A stretch of 64,000 nucleotides of DNA, from positions 2,356,001-2,420,000 of the forward strand of contig NC_043023.1 of the NCBI RefSeq assembly GCF_006345805.1, given 5' to 3'. The DNA is from Octopus sinensis (taxonomy: Eukaryota). The notes below the pieces were generated by a model that had not been told where the DNA came from, searched no databases, and was given only the letters and a program-made list of their open reading frames with translations. Made by a program: the position numbers and the translations under genes. Positions 27,184 to 41,875 of this stretch are shown piece after piece (within the stretch, counting starts at the first letter, position 1; each line of letters begins with the position of its first letter).

Positions 27184-27788
27184 TATTGGTAGTGTCATCG
27201 CAGGAATTGCCAGAACTAAGTTGAAGACAACATCGAACCACCTCAGAGGCTCTGACTTGCAATATTCCTCAAAGTAAGTTCCGAGCTGGAAGAATCATAA
27301 CCATGCTGGGGAAAATGCTTAGCAGCGTTTCCTCCACCTTTACATTCTAAATTCAAATGCTGTTGGGTTGACTTTGTCTTTCATCCTTTTGGGGTCAATA
27401 AAATAAGTACCAGTTGCACACTGGGGTCAATGTAAGAGACTTACCCACTTCCTCGAAATTGCTAGCCTTGTGCCAAAATTTGAAACCAATATTTCAACAG
27501 AAATAAAGACAGTGATTTTGTAGAATCGTTATCATTTTGGGAAAAATTCTTAGCAGTAAATTTATGTGGTACCAGCACAAGTGAAGTTACCTGGTGACCT
27601 CACCAGTGCTGGTGCCATATAAAAAGCATCCAGTATATTAAGGGTCACATTAGGAAGGGCATCCAGCTGTAGAAAATATGCCAAAACAGACAGTAGAGCT
27701 TGCCAGCTCCTATAAATCTGTCCAACCCATGCCAGCACAAAAAACAGACATTAAATGATAATGATGATGATATATATTATATGTATAT

Positions 27789-27820
<32 letters not shown>

Positions 27821-27821
27821 C

Positions 27822-27990
27822 ATATGCTTTATTTAAAGCAGCAGAAAATTCAACAAAACCTGTTACTCAGGCAACGGGAAACTCAGAGTAACAGGTTTTG
27901 TTGAATTTTCTGCTGCTTTTAAATAAAGCATATTACTCTACCACTGGTATTTGAGTACTCTTTTTTCCACCTTGTTTCACATTTATGTGT
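27822..27990 (+). mobile_element. PLE-type end with a 47-bp-arm fold-back and the 3' half of a hammerhead in the loop
   Basis: ATATGCTTTATTTAAAGCAGC...CCTGTTACTC-aggcaacgggaaactca-GAGTAACAGG...AAAGCATAT. Confidence 0.75.
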
Positions 27991-28086
27991 TTACTCCAGT
28001 ATATATACATATATATATATACATACATATATATATATACATATATATATACACATACATATATATATATATATATACACATATAT

Positions 28087-28163
<77 letters not shown>

Positions 28164-28249
28164 ATATATACACATACATATATATATAATATATATATAT
28201 ACACATACATATATATATATATGTATATATATATATGTATATATATATG

Positions 28250-28280
<31 letters not shown>

Positions 28281-29400
28281 TATATATACATACATACAGA
28301 CAGATAGAGAGAGAGATACATTTATAAATATACCCTTATATTTTATATATATATATATGTATGTATATATGTCTATGCACACATATATTTTATAAAAATA
28401 CATTTTGATTTCTAAGTAATCTGATAAAAATTGTTCTTTTTTTTTTTTGTTCCATCTATTTTGCAAATATGAGAAATATTTTTGGTGCTAACCATTTTTT
28501 TTCTCTTTGCAATGAATTATTGGGGTCACATGATTCTATATTTTGGTGATTCCATAATTCATGAAGTTGCAGCAAATTCTCAGAAAATAGCCAAAAAAAT
28601 AACTCTAATATCTTATATATTTACTTAAAAAATCGAACCGAAAACATAACTATATATTAAGTTATATCTTATAAAATCAGCAGTGGTTGTGTGGGTAAGA
28701 ATCTTGCTTTGTTAGTGCGTGATTCCAGGTTCAATCCCACTGTGTGGAACCTTGGGCAAGTGTTTTTTTCTACATCATGGCCAATGCCAGTGCCGTCCTA
28801 CTGGCACTGATGCTGGTGGCACATAAAAAGCACCGTCCAAGCGTTTGGCCTCTTGGAGGTAATGACAGGTGACCAATACCTTTGGCGATATACCATGCTT
28901 GAGTAGACCTGTTAAGCCAAGGGAGACCGTAGTTGTGGTCAGTGTTAGGTCAATGGCACCCGTGCCAGTGGCATGCAAAGAACACCCACTAATTTCTCAG
29001 AGTGGTTGGTGTTAGGAAGGATATCTAGTCACAGAAACCTTGCCAAATCAAATCAGAACTTGGTGCAGCTTACAAGTTTTCAGCCAAGACATCTAACCCA
29101 TGCCAGCATGGAAACCAGATGTTAAATGGGAAAAAAAATTACATTTGACCGGTTATGATAACGAGTGTTCCAGTTGATCCAATCAACGTGAAATAAACAT
29201 GCAAGCAACACAGGAGCAGGTATTGCTGTGTGGTAAGAATTTAACCTTCCAAAGACATGGTTCTTGGCTCAGTCCCACTGTATGGCACCTTGGGCAAGTC
29301 TCTTCTACTAGAGCTTCAGGCAGACCAAAGCAGTTTGAGCACATTTGGCTGATGGAAACTGAAAGAGGCATATCATATGAATATATAAATATATATATAT

Positions 29401-29442
<42 letters not shown>

Positions 29443-29604
29443 TAGAAAAAAAATCACCTTTTATCAATTCAAAATGAAAAATTAAATTACACCATCTAGA
29501 AAATTACATATAATAGAAAAATTAAATATAAGATAAAAAATATAAAGTAATGTGCAAAATAATAAATAAAACGTATATATTTGGTAGAATAACATATTAT
29601 TTTT

Positions 29605-29663
<59 letters not shown>

Positions 29664-30499
29664 TGGATGGAAGTCAATTATTGTTCATCGATATTTGACT
29701 TACATATATCAAACAAGATTAGTTGAGTTAGAGGTTAAAATAACCATCTAAGGGATAGAAGTATCCATTACACTACTGGTATATTATCTATATTTTACCA
29801 TGGACATACATATGCAAGCATATTATGTTCATAAACATAAGTTTATCAAGAATCAATATTTAAAGAAAACAGAAAATGGAGAAATATCGATGGACAATAA
29901 TTGACTTACATCCATTATTATTTATTAATTCAATATAAATAGAATGCATCTCGTCTAACAGCTGTTTCTGCTTCCAGTGTTATATGGCATTGCCATTGGT
30001 ATTCAAAATATATGCAAAAATATTAATCATATTTGGTAATAAATTGATCTGAAACAAGGAGCTTCATCAGGGTGAAGAATAACTTGAGAAGAAAAGTGGT
30101 AAAGTTGAAAGCTAGTAAGCTGGGGATCGGCACCAGGTTCCAGTTTTCAGTCAAATCATCTAACCCATGCCGGCATGGAAAGTAGACGTTAAATGATGAT
30201 GTGATGGTGGAAGTTTCATTGCAGTGGGTTTCAAGTTTGGCGTCAAATAAATTTACCATTTGTTCCAGTATGAGAGCATCTGGTCCTTAGAGACGATGTA
30301 GGTGAATGTGTTCCCTTTGGGAAATGATAGAGAAGAAGATCAAAAAGATACGTGACAGAGGAATCTTTATTGCTGTGGGCCACGAGTTAAGTCTTAATGA
30401 ATCTATCATTCAATATGAAGTCAGCTAATCCTCTTAAATGAAGCAGATGAATAAATTCTCTGAAGGAAGAGGTACAAATGATCCAAAAAATCTGTGGTG

Positions 30500-30900
30500 T
30501 TGGAAACTTCACCACTGTGGACTAGGAGTTCTATGTTGTTGAATGTACCCAAAGTCCATCCCCTCCTCACCGTGGTGGGGATGCTGGCAACGGGTAGTGT
30601 CACAGCTATGCTGTCGGGAACTTCGGTTCCTGGTAGGGCCACCGAAGGTGGATTGGTCTGACACCGAGTGGTAAAGGGCCACAACCCGACAGACGGGGCT
30701 CTGGTGAAAATCCTTGGAGTGTCTGTTTCGGCAACCGACGGCTCCTCGGTTGTTCTGTCCCTGCGTCTGCGGACAATCTGTGGCAAACAGGATGTCCCCA
30801 CATGCAGGATTGTTGGAGATTGCTTGTAAAATCCACATATTCCCACGAAACTTCTTCCATGAGTAGAAGCCGACTCAACCCGCCCAGGGTGAATGTCACC
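30500..30900 (-). mobile_element. GC-rich repeat resembling an RTE 5' UTR; paralogue at 55790-56180(+)
   Basis: Shared GGTGGCCCTRCCAGGAACYGAAGTTCCCGAYRGCATAGC and TTTTCACCAGAGCCCCGT. Confidence 0.6.
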
Positions 30901-31454
30901 ACAAGTACAAGTAAGTAAGTACCCTACACTACAATACAAAGGTATTCAATTCAAACAAACAATGCAAATGCTGGTATTCTCTATAGGAAGGGGTTGAGAT
31001 AATCAAGACCATATGATGATTGCAGAAGCTTTGCTGCTGTGGTGCCAATGAATCTACCATTCCTCCAAATATGAAGTGCTTGGAAGTGATTCATTTATCA
31101 CTGTGTGTCTTGGAACTAAAGCTCCCATGATAAAGGAGGACAAATGTTAAGGCGGCGAGCTGGCAGAAACGTTAGCACACCGGGTGAAATGCTTAGCGGT
31201 ATTTTGTCTGTCTTTACGTTCTGAGTTCAAATTCCACCGAGGTCAACTTTGCCTTTCATCCTTTCGGAGTCGATAAATTAAGTACCAGTTGCGTACTGGG
31301 GTCGATCTAACGACTGGCCCCCTCCCCAAAAATTTCAGGCCTTATGCCTAATGTAGAAAAGAAAGGAGGGCAAATGTAATATCATATATGGGAATGCAGA
31401 AATATGTAAATGCTGTAAATAATTATATGATATATCATGCAAAAGAAATCATCT

Positions 31455-31493
<39 letters not shown>

Positions 31494-31699
31494 CAACAAG
31501 CTGGCACAGACAAAATACTTAGAGGCATTTCTTCTGCCACTTTACGTTCTGAATTTAAATTCCATTCAAAAATCGTCTTACTCCCTCCTGAAATTGCTGG
31601 TCCTGTGCCAAAATGTGAAACTGTTATTATTATTATTATTATTGTAAAACAAATCGTACATCATACATCGTATTTTCGACCATATAGTCCCCAAACATA

Positions 31700-32350
31700 T
31701 TTGCATATTGCTTTTGTAGCCATCACATAGCATGTACGTCTGTCTCTCTCTGTTTTTCCTTCTCCTGACAAAATGGCAAGCCGTGATTAATATGTTAAAG
31801 TTAAAATCAGACGAAGCGTTTTAAAGAACAAGAACAAGAAGATGAGCGAAGAGAAATTCATAGAAATTACTTTAAACAAAGGGTTAATAATTTTTCATCT
31901 TTTCTGTGACCTTAATTCGTATTTTTCCCTCCCTAATTTACAACAAAAAACACTAGAAAAATCACCAACAAAACATCGTTCGAAATAGTAAAAACCTTTA
32001 GGCCCCTGTAGTTCTAGAAAAAAGCAAATATCTAAGAAAAAAATCAAAGAAAAAGCTCAAATAAAACATGCAGGAATATTTATGGTCCCTGTTCTAGAGA
32101 TTTCGTTCAATTTAATGGATGAAAGATCTTGCTAAAATAATGCCACGGACGACATTTTAAAATGTACTTGTTGCATAAATCTTCGACAAACGGCAGACAT
32201 TTTCATTCTATGCTTTGATTTTTTTTGCTATTTCTACGATGAGTTTCCTTATACGTTTTTGGACGTCTTTATTCGTTTATTATATTTTATTTCGTTTTAT
32301 TTTATTGTAGTTTATTATCTTTCTTTATTTTTTTACTTCTGGGAGTAATT
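31700..32350. promoter_or_regulatory. Possible promoter or 5' UTR (unique sequence retaining CpG)
   Basis: No microsatellite or SINE, many CpGs, and a YY1-like AAAATGGC at ~31771. No supported ORF. Confidence 0.25.
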
Positions 32351-32412
32351 TTGATTTAGCAATGGAATTTTGATGCTTGTCTCTTCTTAGAATGCTTAGA
32401 ACGAATTCACCA

Positions 32413-32450
<38 letters not shown>

Positions 32451-32502
32451 GTACATACAAATATATATATATATATTATATATATATATATATTATGTGT
32501 GT

Positions 32503-32534
<32 letters not shown>

Positions 32535-32863
32535 CACATACAGAGAGAGAGGAGAGATTTATGTATGTATATATGTAGATTTTTATGTGTTTTTCGTTCT
32601 GTTTTCGTTTTAAACTTTCGGAATTAGGTATACCATTAGTTTAATCCAATTTCTGATCTTCTGGAAGGTTCTCTCATAAAACTTCCATGTTTTTATAATA
32701 TCTTGGCACTCTCTCTCTCTCTCCCACCTCTCTTTCTCTCTACTTATATTCTATCTATCTCTCCCTCTCTCTCTCTCTCTGTCCATAGATCGTTTGGCCA
32801 TTCTTTTTGTGAGATAATAATCTATATCTTTCTCTAGCACTCATTTCTTTGCTCTTTGACTGT

Positions 32864-32898
<35 letters not shown>

Positions 32899-33842
32899 TT
32901 TCTGCCCTTTTCGCTCCCTCTTTATCTGTGAACCTTCCCTCTCTATTCCCTAATTCTTTCACTCTCATACTCATGGTCACCAAGATGCACTATATTCATC
33001 TATCTAGCTGTACGTACGTATGTATGTATGTATTTATTTATGTATCTATGTATGTATGTATGTATGTATTTATTTATGTATCTATGTATGTATTTATGTA
33101 TGTATGTATGTGTGTGTGTATGTATGTATTTATTATATATGTATTTATGTATGTATGTGTGTGTGTATGTATGTATGTATGTATGTATGTATGTATCTAT
33201 GTATGTATGTACGTACGTATGTAAGTATGTATGCATGCACGTATCTCTCCCTTTCTCTCTCTCTCTCCCTCTCTCTCCTCTCTCTCTCTATATATATATA
33301 TTATATATATATATACACATATACATACACACAGAGAAAGATAATATTTGTACATTCTCCCTCCCTTCAATAGTGCTCTCTCTCTATCTCTCTCTATCTA
33401 TCTTTCTCTCTATCTTTCTCTCTGTCTATCTATATCTATCTATCTATCTACCTATCTGTCTGCCTGTCTGTCTATCCATCTTTCTACCTACCTATCTGCT
33501 GAAGCTGACTGCCAATAGAACTTGAGGCAGTGCTCTACGTTACCAATTCCGGTTAGACCATCCAACCCATGCCCAGCATGGAAAACCAATGTTAAATAAT
33601 CTTTTATACTCTAGGCACAAGGCCCAAAATTTTTGGGGAGGGGACCAGTTGATTAGTTTGATCTCAGTATGCAACTGGTACTTAATTTATCGACCCTGAA
33701 AGGATGAAAGGTAAAGTCGACCTCGGCAGAATTTGAACTCAGAATGTAACAGCTAACGAAATACTGCTAAGCATTTTGCCTGGCGTGCTAATGTTTCTGC
33801 CAGCTTGCCACTTTACCAATGTTAAATAATGATGATGTCAAT

Positions 33843-34510
33843 GTGGTAAGTAGCTTGCTTACCAGCCACATGGTTCCGGGTTCAGTACCACTGCTTGGCA
33901 CCTTGGGCAAGTGTCTTCTACTATAGCCTCGGGCTAACCAAAGTCTTGTGAGTGGATTTTTGTTCCTTCTCGAGTCACGCCTGCCTCATAAGGGCCGGTT
34001 TCCCGGTTTCCTTGGCGTATAGGTTCCCCACCTGGATGGGACGCCAGTCCGTCACAGGTGAGCTGCAAGGTGCAGGAGGAAAGAGTGAGAGAAAGTTGTG
34101 GTGAAAGAAGTCAGCAGAAGTTCGCCATTACATTCTGCCAGAGCCACGTGGAGCTTAGGTATTTTGCTCATAAACACACACATCGCCTGGTCTGAGATTG
34201 GAACCCATGATCCCTCGACTGCGAGTCCGCTGCACTAACAACTAGGCCATGTGCCTCCACAGTGGAAACTGAAAGAAGCCTCTTATATATATATATATAT
34301 ATATGTTTGTGTTTCTGTGTTTGTCCCCCTCCCACCAACATCGCTTGACAACCAATGCTGGTGTGTTTATGTCCCTGTAACTCAGCAGCTTGGCATAAGA
34401 GACCGATAGAATAAGTACTAGGCTTACAAAGAATAAGTCCTGAGGTCTATTTGTTCGACAACAGGCAGTGCTCCAGCATGGCCACAGTCAAATGACTGAA
34501 ACGAATAAAA
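33843..34510 (+). mobile_element. SINE family A interrupted by a second tRNA-SINE (family E, 33963-34260, minus strand)
   Basis: Family A breaks after GAGTGGATTT and resumes at GGAAACTG. The insert has a GGCACATGGCCTAGTTGTTAGTGCAGCGG head on the minus strand. Confidence 0.8.
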
Positions 34511-35595
34511 GAATGTGTGTGTGTGGAGGGAGATCATCCCTCATCATTTAACGTCTGTTTTCCATGCTGGCATGGGTTGGACAGTTGGACAAGAGCCTCT
34601 ATATTCACCCTCTCTTTTCACTATCTATCAATACTCCATCTATCTGCTTGTGTCTCTTTCTCTCTCCTTCACTCTTTCTCTCCCTCATTCTTTTTCTCTT
34701 CTTCATTCTTTCTCTCTACCAAATTCTTTCTCTCTCCCTTCACTCTTTCTCTCTCCTTCACCTTTTCTCTCTCCCTCATTCTTTCTCTCCCCTTCACTCT
34801 TTCTCTCTCTCTACACACATGCACATGCTCACCCCTTCTCTCTTGATCATTCATTCTTTCAACTTCTCAGTCTCACTCCTCCCACTACTCTCTCTCTCTC
34901 CTTCGCCTTCTCTCTCACTCTATCTGTCTGCCTCTTTCTCTCTCCCCTTCTGACTATACCTCTCTCCAACTCTCTCCCTTTAATACTCCCTATCTCCACT
35001 CTCTCTTAATCAGACTCTCCTCAGCCTTCCACTCTATTTCACACACACACACACTCCTCTTACACACAATCATACACACACATGCTCATACACAGACACA
35101 CACGCATGCACTTCCATGCTGTTCCTCATTTTATCGATCTACTTATCTGTCCTACTGCCTACTTCTCTCTCTCTATAAATCTATCTCTCTATTCTGTTGT
35201 GTTTTGGGAGAGTCATTTTCTATTGTTCTCTCTATCAGTTTGTCTCTATTTCTTTCTCACCACCACTCTCTCACTCACTCTCTACCTACCTATCAATCAA
35301 TCTTTCTTTTTTCCTTTTTTATCTATTAATACATCTATCTGTCTGTCTGCTAATCTGTCAATCTGTCTGTCTCTCTGTCTATCTATCTATCTCTATCTAT
35401 CTCTCTTGATCATTCATTCTTTCAACTTCTCAGCCTTACTCTCCCAACTACTCTCTCTCCCTCTCGTCTTCTCTCTCCCTCTCATCTTCTATCTCCCTCT
35501 TGTCTTCTCTCTCACTGTCTGTCTGCCTCTTTCCCTCTCCCCTTCTGACTAGATAGATAGATATCTATCTACCTGTCTGTCAATCCTTTTAGTTA

Positions 35596-35628
<33 letters not shown>

Positions 35629-36369
35629 ATTTATCTGTCTATCCATCCATCTCTCTATCCTTTTATCTTTCCATCTATCAATCAATCAATCAATCAATCT
35701 TCCTTTCTTTCGTTCAGTCAGTGTAATAGTCTTACCCGCTCCCCACAAAATTGCAGGAGTTATACTCAGAGTAGGAAGAATTATTATTATTATTATCATT
35801 ATTTCAATTTCACTTTTCCAAGTTCTTGATTTTACTTGCTCTGGCTAATTCCGTAAAAGCAGCCGACAACCTGTTCTCAAGGGCCTCACAGAGTCTTCTT
35901 CCATGGTACCTGACACCCAAGATCCTAGCTGTCCCCAATAAAAGTTTTCTTATTTCTTTACTACCCACAAGGGGATAAACACAGAGAGGACAAACAAGGA
36001 CAGACAAATGGATTAAGTCAATTTTTTCTCTACATTGTATACTTTATAGACAATAGTCTTTTCTTTAATTTAATTTTTTATTATCCATCTGGACTATTCC
36101 ATTTCTGCACGCTAATTTTATTTTTAATTTATTCCCATTCATGTGAAACCCCTTATTCAAGTTCAAGTCATTGATGCAATTTTATACCAATTGCTATTTT
36201 TACTTTTGTTATGTTACAATTATATTATATTTTAGTTTGATTTTAATTATTACTTATTACATATCATTCAATTGTTATTATTATTTTTATTGTTAAAGTG
36301 AAAGTATATGACATAAAATAGAGAAATATTTTTGTTTCACTTTTAACACATAATACTGAAATAGTGGAG

Positions 36370-36546
36370 AAGATATGATATTGCTATGGGCAAGAAGTTG
36401 AACATTTTTTTTGCCCATGAAACTACATGGACCCTAAGTAAGGCATGTGTAAAATTTGAATGGAATTGGTTGTGTACTTCTCAAGTTTTAGGGAAACACA
36501 CAGACAGACAGACAGACACACATTCTCAGTTTTATATATATAGAGA
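36370..36546 (-). mobile_element. Helitron 5' end fragment
   Basis: A|TCTCTATATATATAAAACTGAGAATGTGTGTCTGTCTG, as in the 1685 and 17295 copies. Confidence 0.6.
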
Positions 36547-37255
36547 TCTATGTTTTTATGTTCAGTTATAGTCCTTTCTAAAGGAGGCACAAGGCCTAAA
36601 ATTTGTGGGGAGGTAGATTACATCTACCCCAGTATTTTACTGGTACTTAATTTGTTGATCCTGAAAGGATGAAAGGAAAAGTCAACCTCGGTGGAATTTG
36701 AACTCGGACTGTAGTGACTGGTGAAATATTGCTAAGCGTATTGTCCATTGTGCTAACGGTTCTGCCAGCTGACCACCTTTGTGTCCAGTTATAATAGAAA
36801 TAATTTTACATTACACACACATTTCAGGCTTCCACACAGTTTCCATTTACAAAATTCGCTCTCGAAGCTTTGCTTCTCCTGGAGCTATTGTAGAAGACAG
36901 TTATCCCAGGTGACATAAAGTGGGATTGAACTTGACGCCATGTGTTTCACAGCCAGACTTTTTAAACCCACAACCATGCCAGTGCCCTTCAGCCCACAGA
37001 GATAGCGCCACCATAGAAATGGCAAAACAGAATACATCATTATCATTTTTATAATCATATTTTCATATGCATTTTGGTGGCGCTTGTTCCCAATAATAAC
37101 CAAACATCATTATCATCATCATATATATATATATATATATTATATGTATGTATGTATGTATGTATATATGTATGTATATATATATGTATATATGTATGTA
37201 TATATATATGTATATATATATATGTATATATATATGTATATATATGTATGTATGT

Positions 37256-37289
<34 letters not shown>

Positions 37290-37300
37290 GTATATGTATG

Positions 37301-37333
<33 letters not shown>

Positions 37334-37551
37334 GTATGTATATATATGTATATATATGTATGTATATATATGTATATATATGTGTGTATATATATAGTAT
37401 ATATATATGTGCATATATATACATGTGTGTATATATATATATGTTTATGTGTGTATATATGTATATATATATATATTTGTATATATTTGTATATATATAT
37501 GTATATATATATATATATAATGATATTAGGGAGTAAATCCAACCTTACAGA

Positions 37552-37591
<40 letters not shown>

Positions 37592-38796
37592 TGTATGTAT
37601 GTATGTATGTACACACACACGCACACGTACAATGATAAAAGTCCTGATAACATTAATTTTCCAACTTACCATTCCTGCAATGGCGCTACCATATTTTGAT
37701 GATACGGTCTGCAGTAATTTTACTATCTCTGGAATTAAAACAATCTGCCATTCCAGGTTCCAGTTTGATGTCTAATCTTTGGCAATCGGACAACATATAA
37801 ATGGAATTCTAGTTGTATTCATTAATTCTTCTTTTTTCTGTATTATTTAGCTGCAGTCTGTGGCCATGCTGGAGCACCAAGTTTATGGGTAAGTATTCCC
37901 TTTTTATATTTGCGTTTCAGGTTTATATTGAAAGTGTTTTATGTTTTATCAGTATCTTTTATTGGACTGCGACCATGCTGGAGCCCTGCCTGTATGATTC
38001 TATATTGGCACTAGTATATACTTTTGATGTACGAGCTGCATTTTATTGGTATCTGGCAAATTCCTTGCTACACAACTTTCGAACTTTTAGCCTTCATTCT
38101 TGCTCTGGAATGAATACCCATCAATATACAGATCAATATATATCGAATACATACCTCTTACTCATCATGCTCCAGCATGGCCACAGTCAAATGACTGAAA
38201 TGAGTAAAAGGATAATGCCAAACCCATATTTCTCTGATGGTAGAATGCCTAACTAACAGAGTCTTTGCTCAATATTATAAGCCAATGCCTGGGATACCCC
38301 AGAAACAGCTGTAGAGGCTACTTTTTACTATTTTTTTACCATATATATCCAGTACATACTGTTTACCTACTCTTTTACTCTTTTACTTGTTTCAGTCATT
38401 TGACTGCGGCCATGCTGGAGCACCGCCTTTAATCAAGCAACTCAACCCCGGGACTTATTCTTTTGTAAGCCCAGTACTTATTCTATCGGTCTCTTTTGCC
38501 GAACCGCTAAGTAACGGGGACATAAACACCCAGCATCGGTTGTCAAGCAATGCTAGAGAGACAAACACACACAGACAAACATATACACACACAAACATAT
38601 ACATATATATACATATATATATTCCCTCAATATAAAGCACTGTGTAACAATTCTTTCCCTCTTCTCACCATGCTGTGCCACCTAACTATTCTTCTTTCTA
38701 ATCATGGATTTGCCTAAACAAGACCCAATCCAGCTGGATTTAATTAGATCCTGCCACCCTCCTGCACATAATGAACACAACAAATATCATTGATGA

Positions 38797-39186
38797 GGCG
38801 TAGGAGTGGCAGTGTAGTAAGTAACTTGTTTACCGACCACATGGTTCCGGGTTCAGTCCTTCTGCGTGACACCTTGGGCAAGTGTCCTCTACTATAACCT
38901 CGAGCTGATCAAAGCCTTGTGAGTGGATTTGGTAGACGGAAACTGAAAGAAGCCCATCGTATATATGTATATATATATATGTATGTGTGTCTGTGTTTGT
39001 TCCCCCAACATCGCTTGACAACTGATGCTGGTGTGTTTATGTCCCCGTAACTTAGCAGTTCAGAGAAAGAGACTGATAGAATAAGTACTAGGCTTACAAA
39101 GATTAAGTCCTGGGGTCGATTTACTCGACTAAAAGGTGGTGCTCCAGCATGGCCACAGTCAAATCACTGAAACGAGTAAAAGAGTA
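38797..39186 (+). mobile_element. SINE family A, full length
   Basis: Complete head and tail. Confidence 0.9.
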
Positions 39187-39200
39187 ATGTCTAACCCATA

Positions 39201-39290
39201 TTTCTCTGATGGTAGAATACCTAATTAACAGAGTCTTCACTTGATATGATAATCCAGTAGCTGGGATACCCCAGAAACAGCTGTCAGAGA
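39201..39290 (+). ncRNA. Interrupted hammerhead-like motif (paralogues at 38229-38318 and a half at 39770-39800)
   Basis: UUUCU-CUGAUG-[50 nt]-UGGG(AUAC)CCCA-GAAA-CAGCUGU-C/AGAGA. Confidence 0.4.
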
Positions 39291-39926
39291 ATACTTTTTA
39301 CTGTTTTTAACCATTCCTTATATAGCTAAATTAGATTGAATTAAATTAAATTAAATGACCTCCTCATGCCTTGCCTAATTGTCTGCCTTCGCTTCTTTAA
39401 CCTATGTATATATACAAGGTCATCATGAACATCATCATTGTTTAACGTCCGCTTTCCATGCTGGCATGGGTTGGACGATTTGATTGAGGACTGGTGAACC
39501 ATATGGCTGCAGCAGCCTCCAATCTGATCTGGCAGAGTTCCTATAGCTGGATGCCCTTCCTAATGCCAACCACTCTGAGAGTGTAGTGGGTGCTTTTATA
39601 TGCCACTGGCATGAGGGCCAATCAGGCGGTAGTAGCAACAGCCACACTCAAATGGTGTTTTTTATGTGCCACCAGCACAAGGATCCAGTCCAGCGGCACT
39701 GGCAATAACCCCGCTCAAATGTTTTTTCACGTGCCACCAGCATAAGTGCCAGTAAGGCGATGCTGGTAATGGGGATATCCCAGAAACAGCTGTAGAGACT
39801 ACTTTTTACTATTTTTTACCATTCATTATGTAGCTAAATTAGATTGAATTAAATTAAATTAAATGACCCTGTCATGCCTTGCCTAATTGTCTACCTTTCT
39901 TTGTTTCTTTAACCTATGTATATATA

Positions 39927-40420
39927 CAAAGTGCGATGGGTAAATTACTACCATTTTATATTTTTAATTTCATGCATGCACATTGTTTGTTTCTGATTTT
40001 GTCAGCTACACAGTATAGTAGGGTCAGTTGGGTACTGTCTGTGAGAAAAACAGCACCATGATGCAATTCACTCGGCCAGAAAATTTGGAAATGAGATAAT
40101 GTACTGTTTAGCATTTGCACCGGACGCTCCAGTACAAACATTTCAGAGTTTTGGGTGTCAATCTTAAGAATCCCCAAAACATGTACCGAGAGTGATAAAA
40201 TTCAAATGTCCAGCCGACATTATAGTGTTTGGAGTGACCACTAGTGATGGTGACGTTATGCCTCCATTTATCTTCCCAATGGTGATTTTATTGACTAAAT
40301 TTGCTTTTTAGTATTTCAAGATATTTTTATGTAGTTTTGGTAAATATATCTGTTAAAATGAGACGTCAGTGTTATTTTCATTTTTGCATAATTTAATGAC
40401 AGTTTATTCACTGCACCCTG
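39927..40420 (+). mobile_element. Internally deleted Tc1/mariner (maT/DD37D-like) element
   Basis: TA-flanked CAAAGTGCG...GCACCCTG termini. MMQFTRPEN... and PKHVPRVIKFKCPADIIVFGVTTSDGDVMPPFIFP. Confidence 0.7.
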
Positions 40421-41539
40421 TGTATATATACATATGTATGTCCTGTACCCATCTTTCATGTGTTCACATATTTTTCACTTGTTGGTGATGTCCTGTACTT
40501 GATGTTATATATATCTGTCTATCGTTATCGAGTATGGCCATTGCATGAAGCTTAATCAATGTTATCATGCAATGCCTGTGCAAGAATATTTTTTAAGTGA
40601 GGAAAGGCTTTGCACTGAAGTCAATCCACTCCTAAGCACAGCAGCCATAATCCGAAAAGAAGAACAAGTCAACATCATCGGTAACACTGAGCCGCAGGTT
40701 TTATGTCGGAGTTATCCCAGTTACCTGAGTTACCTTCTCCTAGAAGGATGCCCCAAACAAAGGCTAGGAGTCCTTCACTCCCATGGTTTACCACGTGAGC
40801 GATCGGGTATTCAGTCCGATTATTTCTATGTCCCCGCGCATGAATACAGCCTTAAGACATTTATTGGATGGCCATTGATTCTCAAGAGTTCCTCCGCATG
40901 TATATATATATATATGCATGTATATATCTATTTAGATATATATATGTGTATGTATATATATATGTGTATATGTATGTGTATATGTATATATATATATACA
41001 CACACACACACTCATTTATGTGAGGGCCCCAGCTCCTCATTTGGGAGTACCATGATGTTAAGGAGTGTGGAACCACGTCTTGCCTGCTATTTTTCCCAGG
41101 GCTACTCCAACCCAAAGTAGTAGCCTCAGCCAGGGTCCAAGCCGTGACTTAATTAGCATATTTGATGACATTTCATCCCATCACCACAATACAGAAATAC
41201 CCTTGATCAGTGTCAGGGTATGTAGTAAAACCTCCAGGAGTGAGGGACCCTTACCTGTTCTCACAGCATCCTTCTAGGTGGAAGACACTCTGATGTAAAA
41301 CTTGTAGTTTCAGATGCTTACTGGTCATCTCGTTTCCACCCGTCACAGGGTACTAAACACCGAATGCCAGACAGTGGTACCCTCATGTTCAAGCATCTCT
41401 TTCGGGTGACGTCATTCCTCATTCCATCTTCTGAAAGTCCTCTGCTGATGGGAAAATGGTAACATGTGTAGACCTAACCATTTGGAAGCGCACAGTAAGT
41501 TTCAACTTCTGTATGTCACCTATGCACACATCTCTTTCT

Positions 41540-41660
41540 GTTCTCTTTGTATCTGTGTACACACACACACACACACACATGCACACACACATATTGATAT
41601 AGATGTATATATTTGCATTTATATGTTATTTACTGCTCTTCCTCTCTATCTCTCTCTCTC

Positions 41661-41691
<31 letters not shown>

Positions 41692-41834
41692 ATGTTCATA
41701 TATGTGTGTGTGTATATATATATCTGTAGGTATTCCTATGTATTTATGTGTGTATATATAAACAAAAGCCACAAATTGTATTACATATGCATTTGCATAC
41801 ATATATCCACATAAACACATGACACAACATGCAG

Positions 41835-41875
<41 letters not shown>

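Noticed and set aside
30045-30075. CTGATGAAGCTCC on the minus strand
   Set aside because: No GAAA or helix III downstream on the same strand.
40545-41120. 191-aa ORF
   Set aside because: It runs through a (TA)n/(CA)n tract, and the opposite strand resembles a decayed RTE 5' region.
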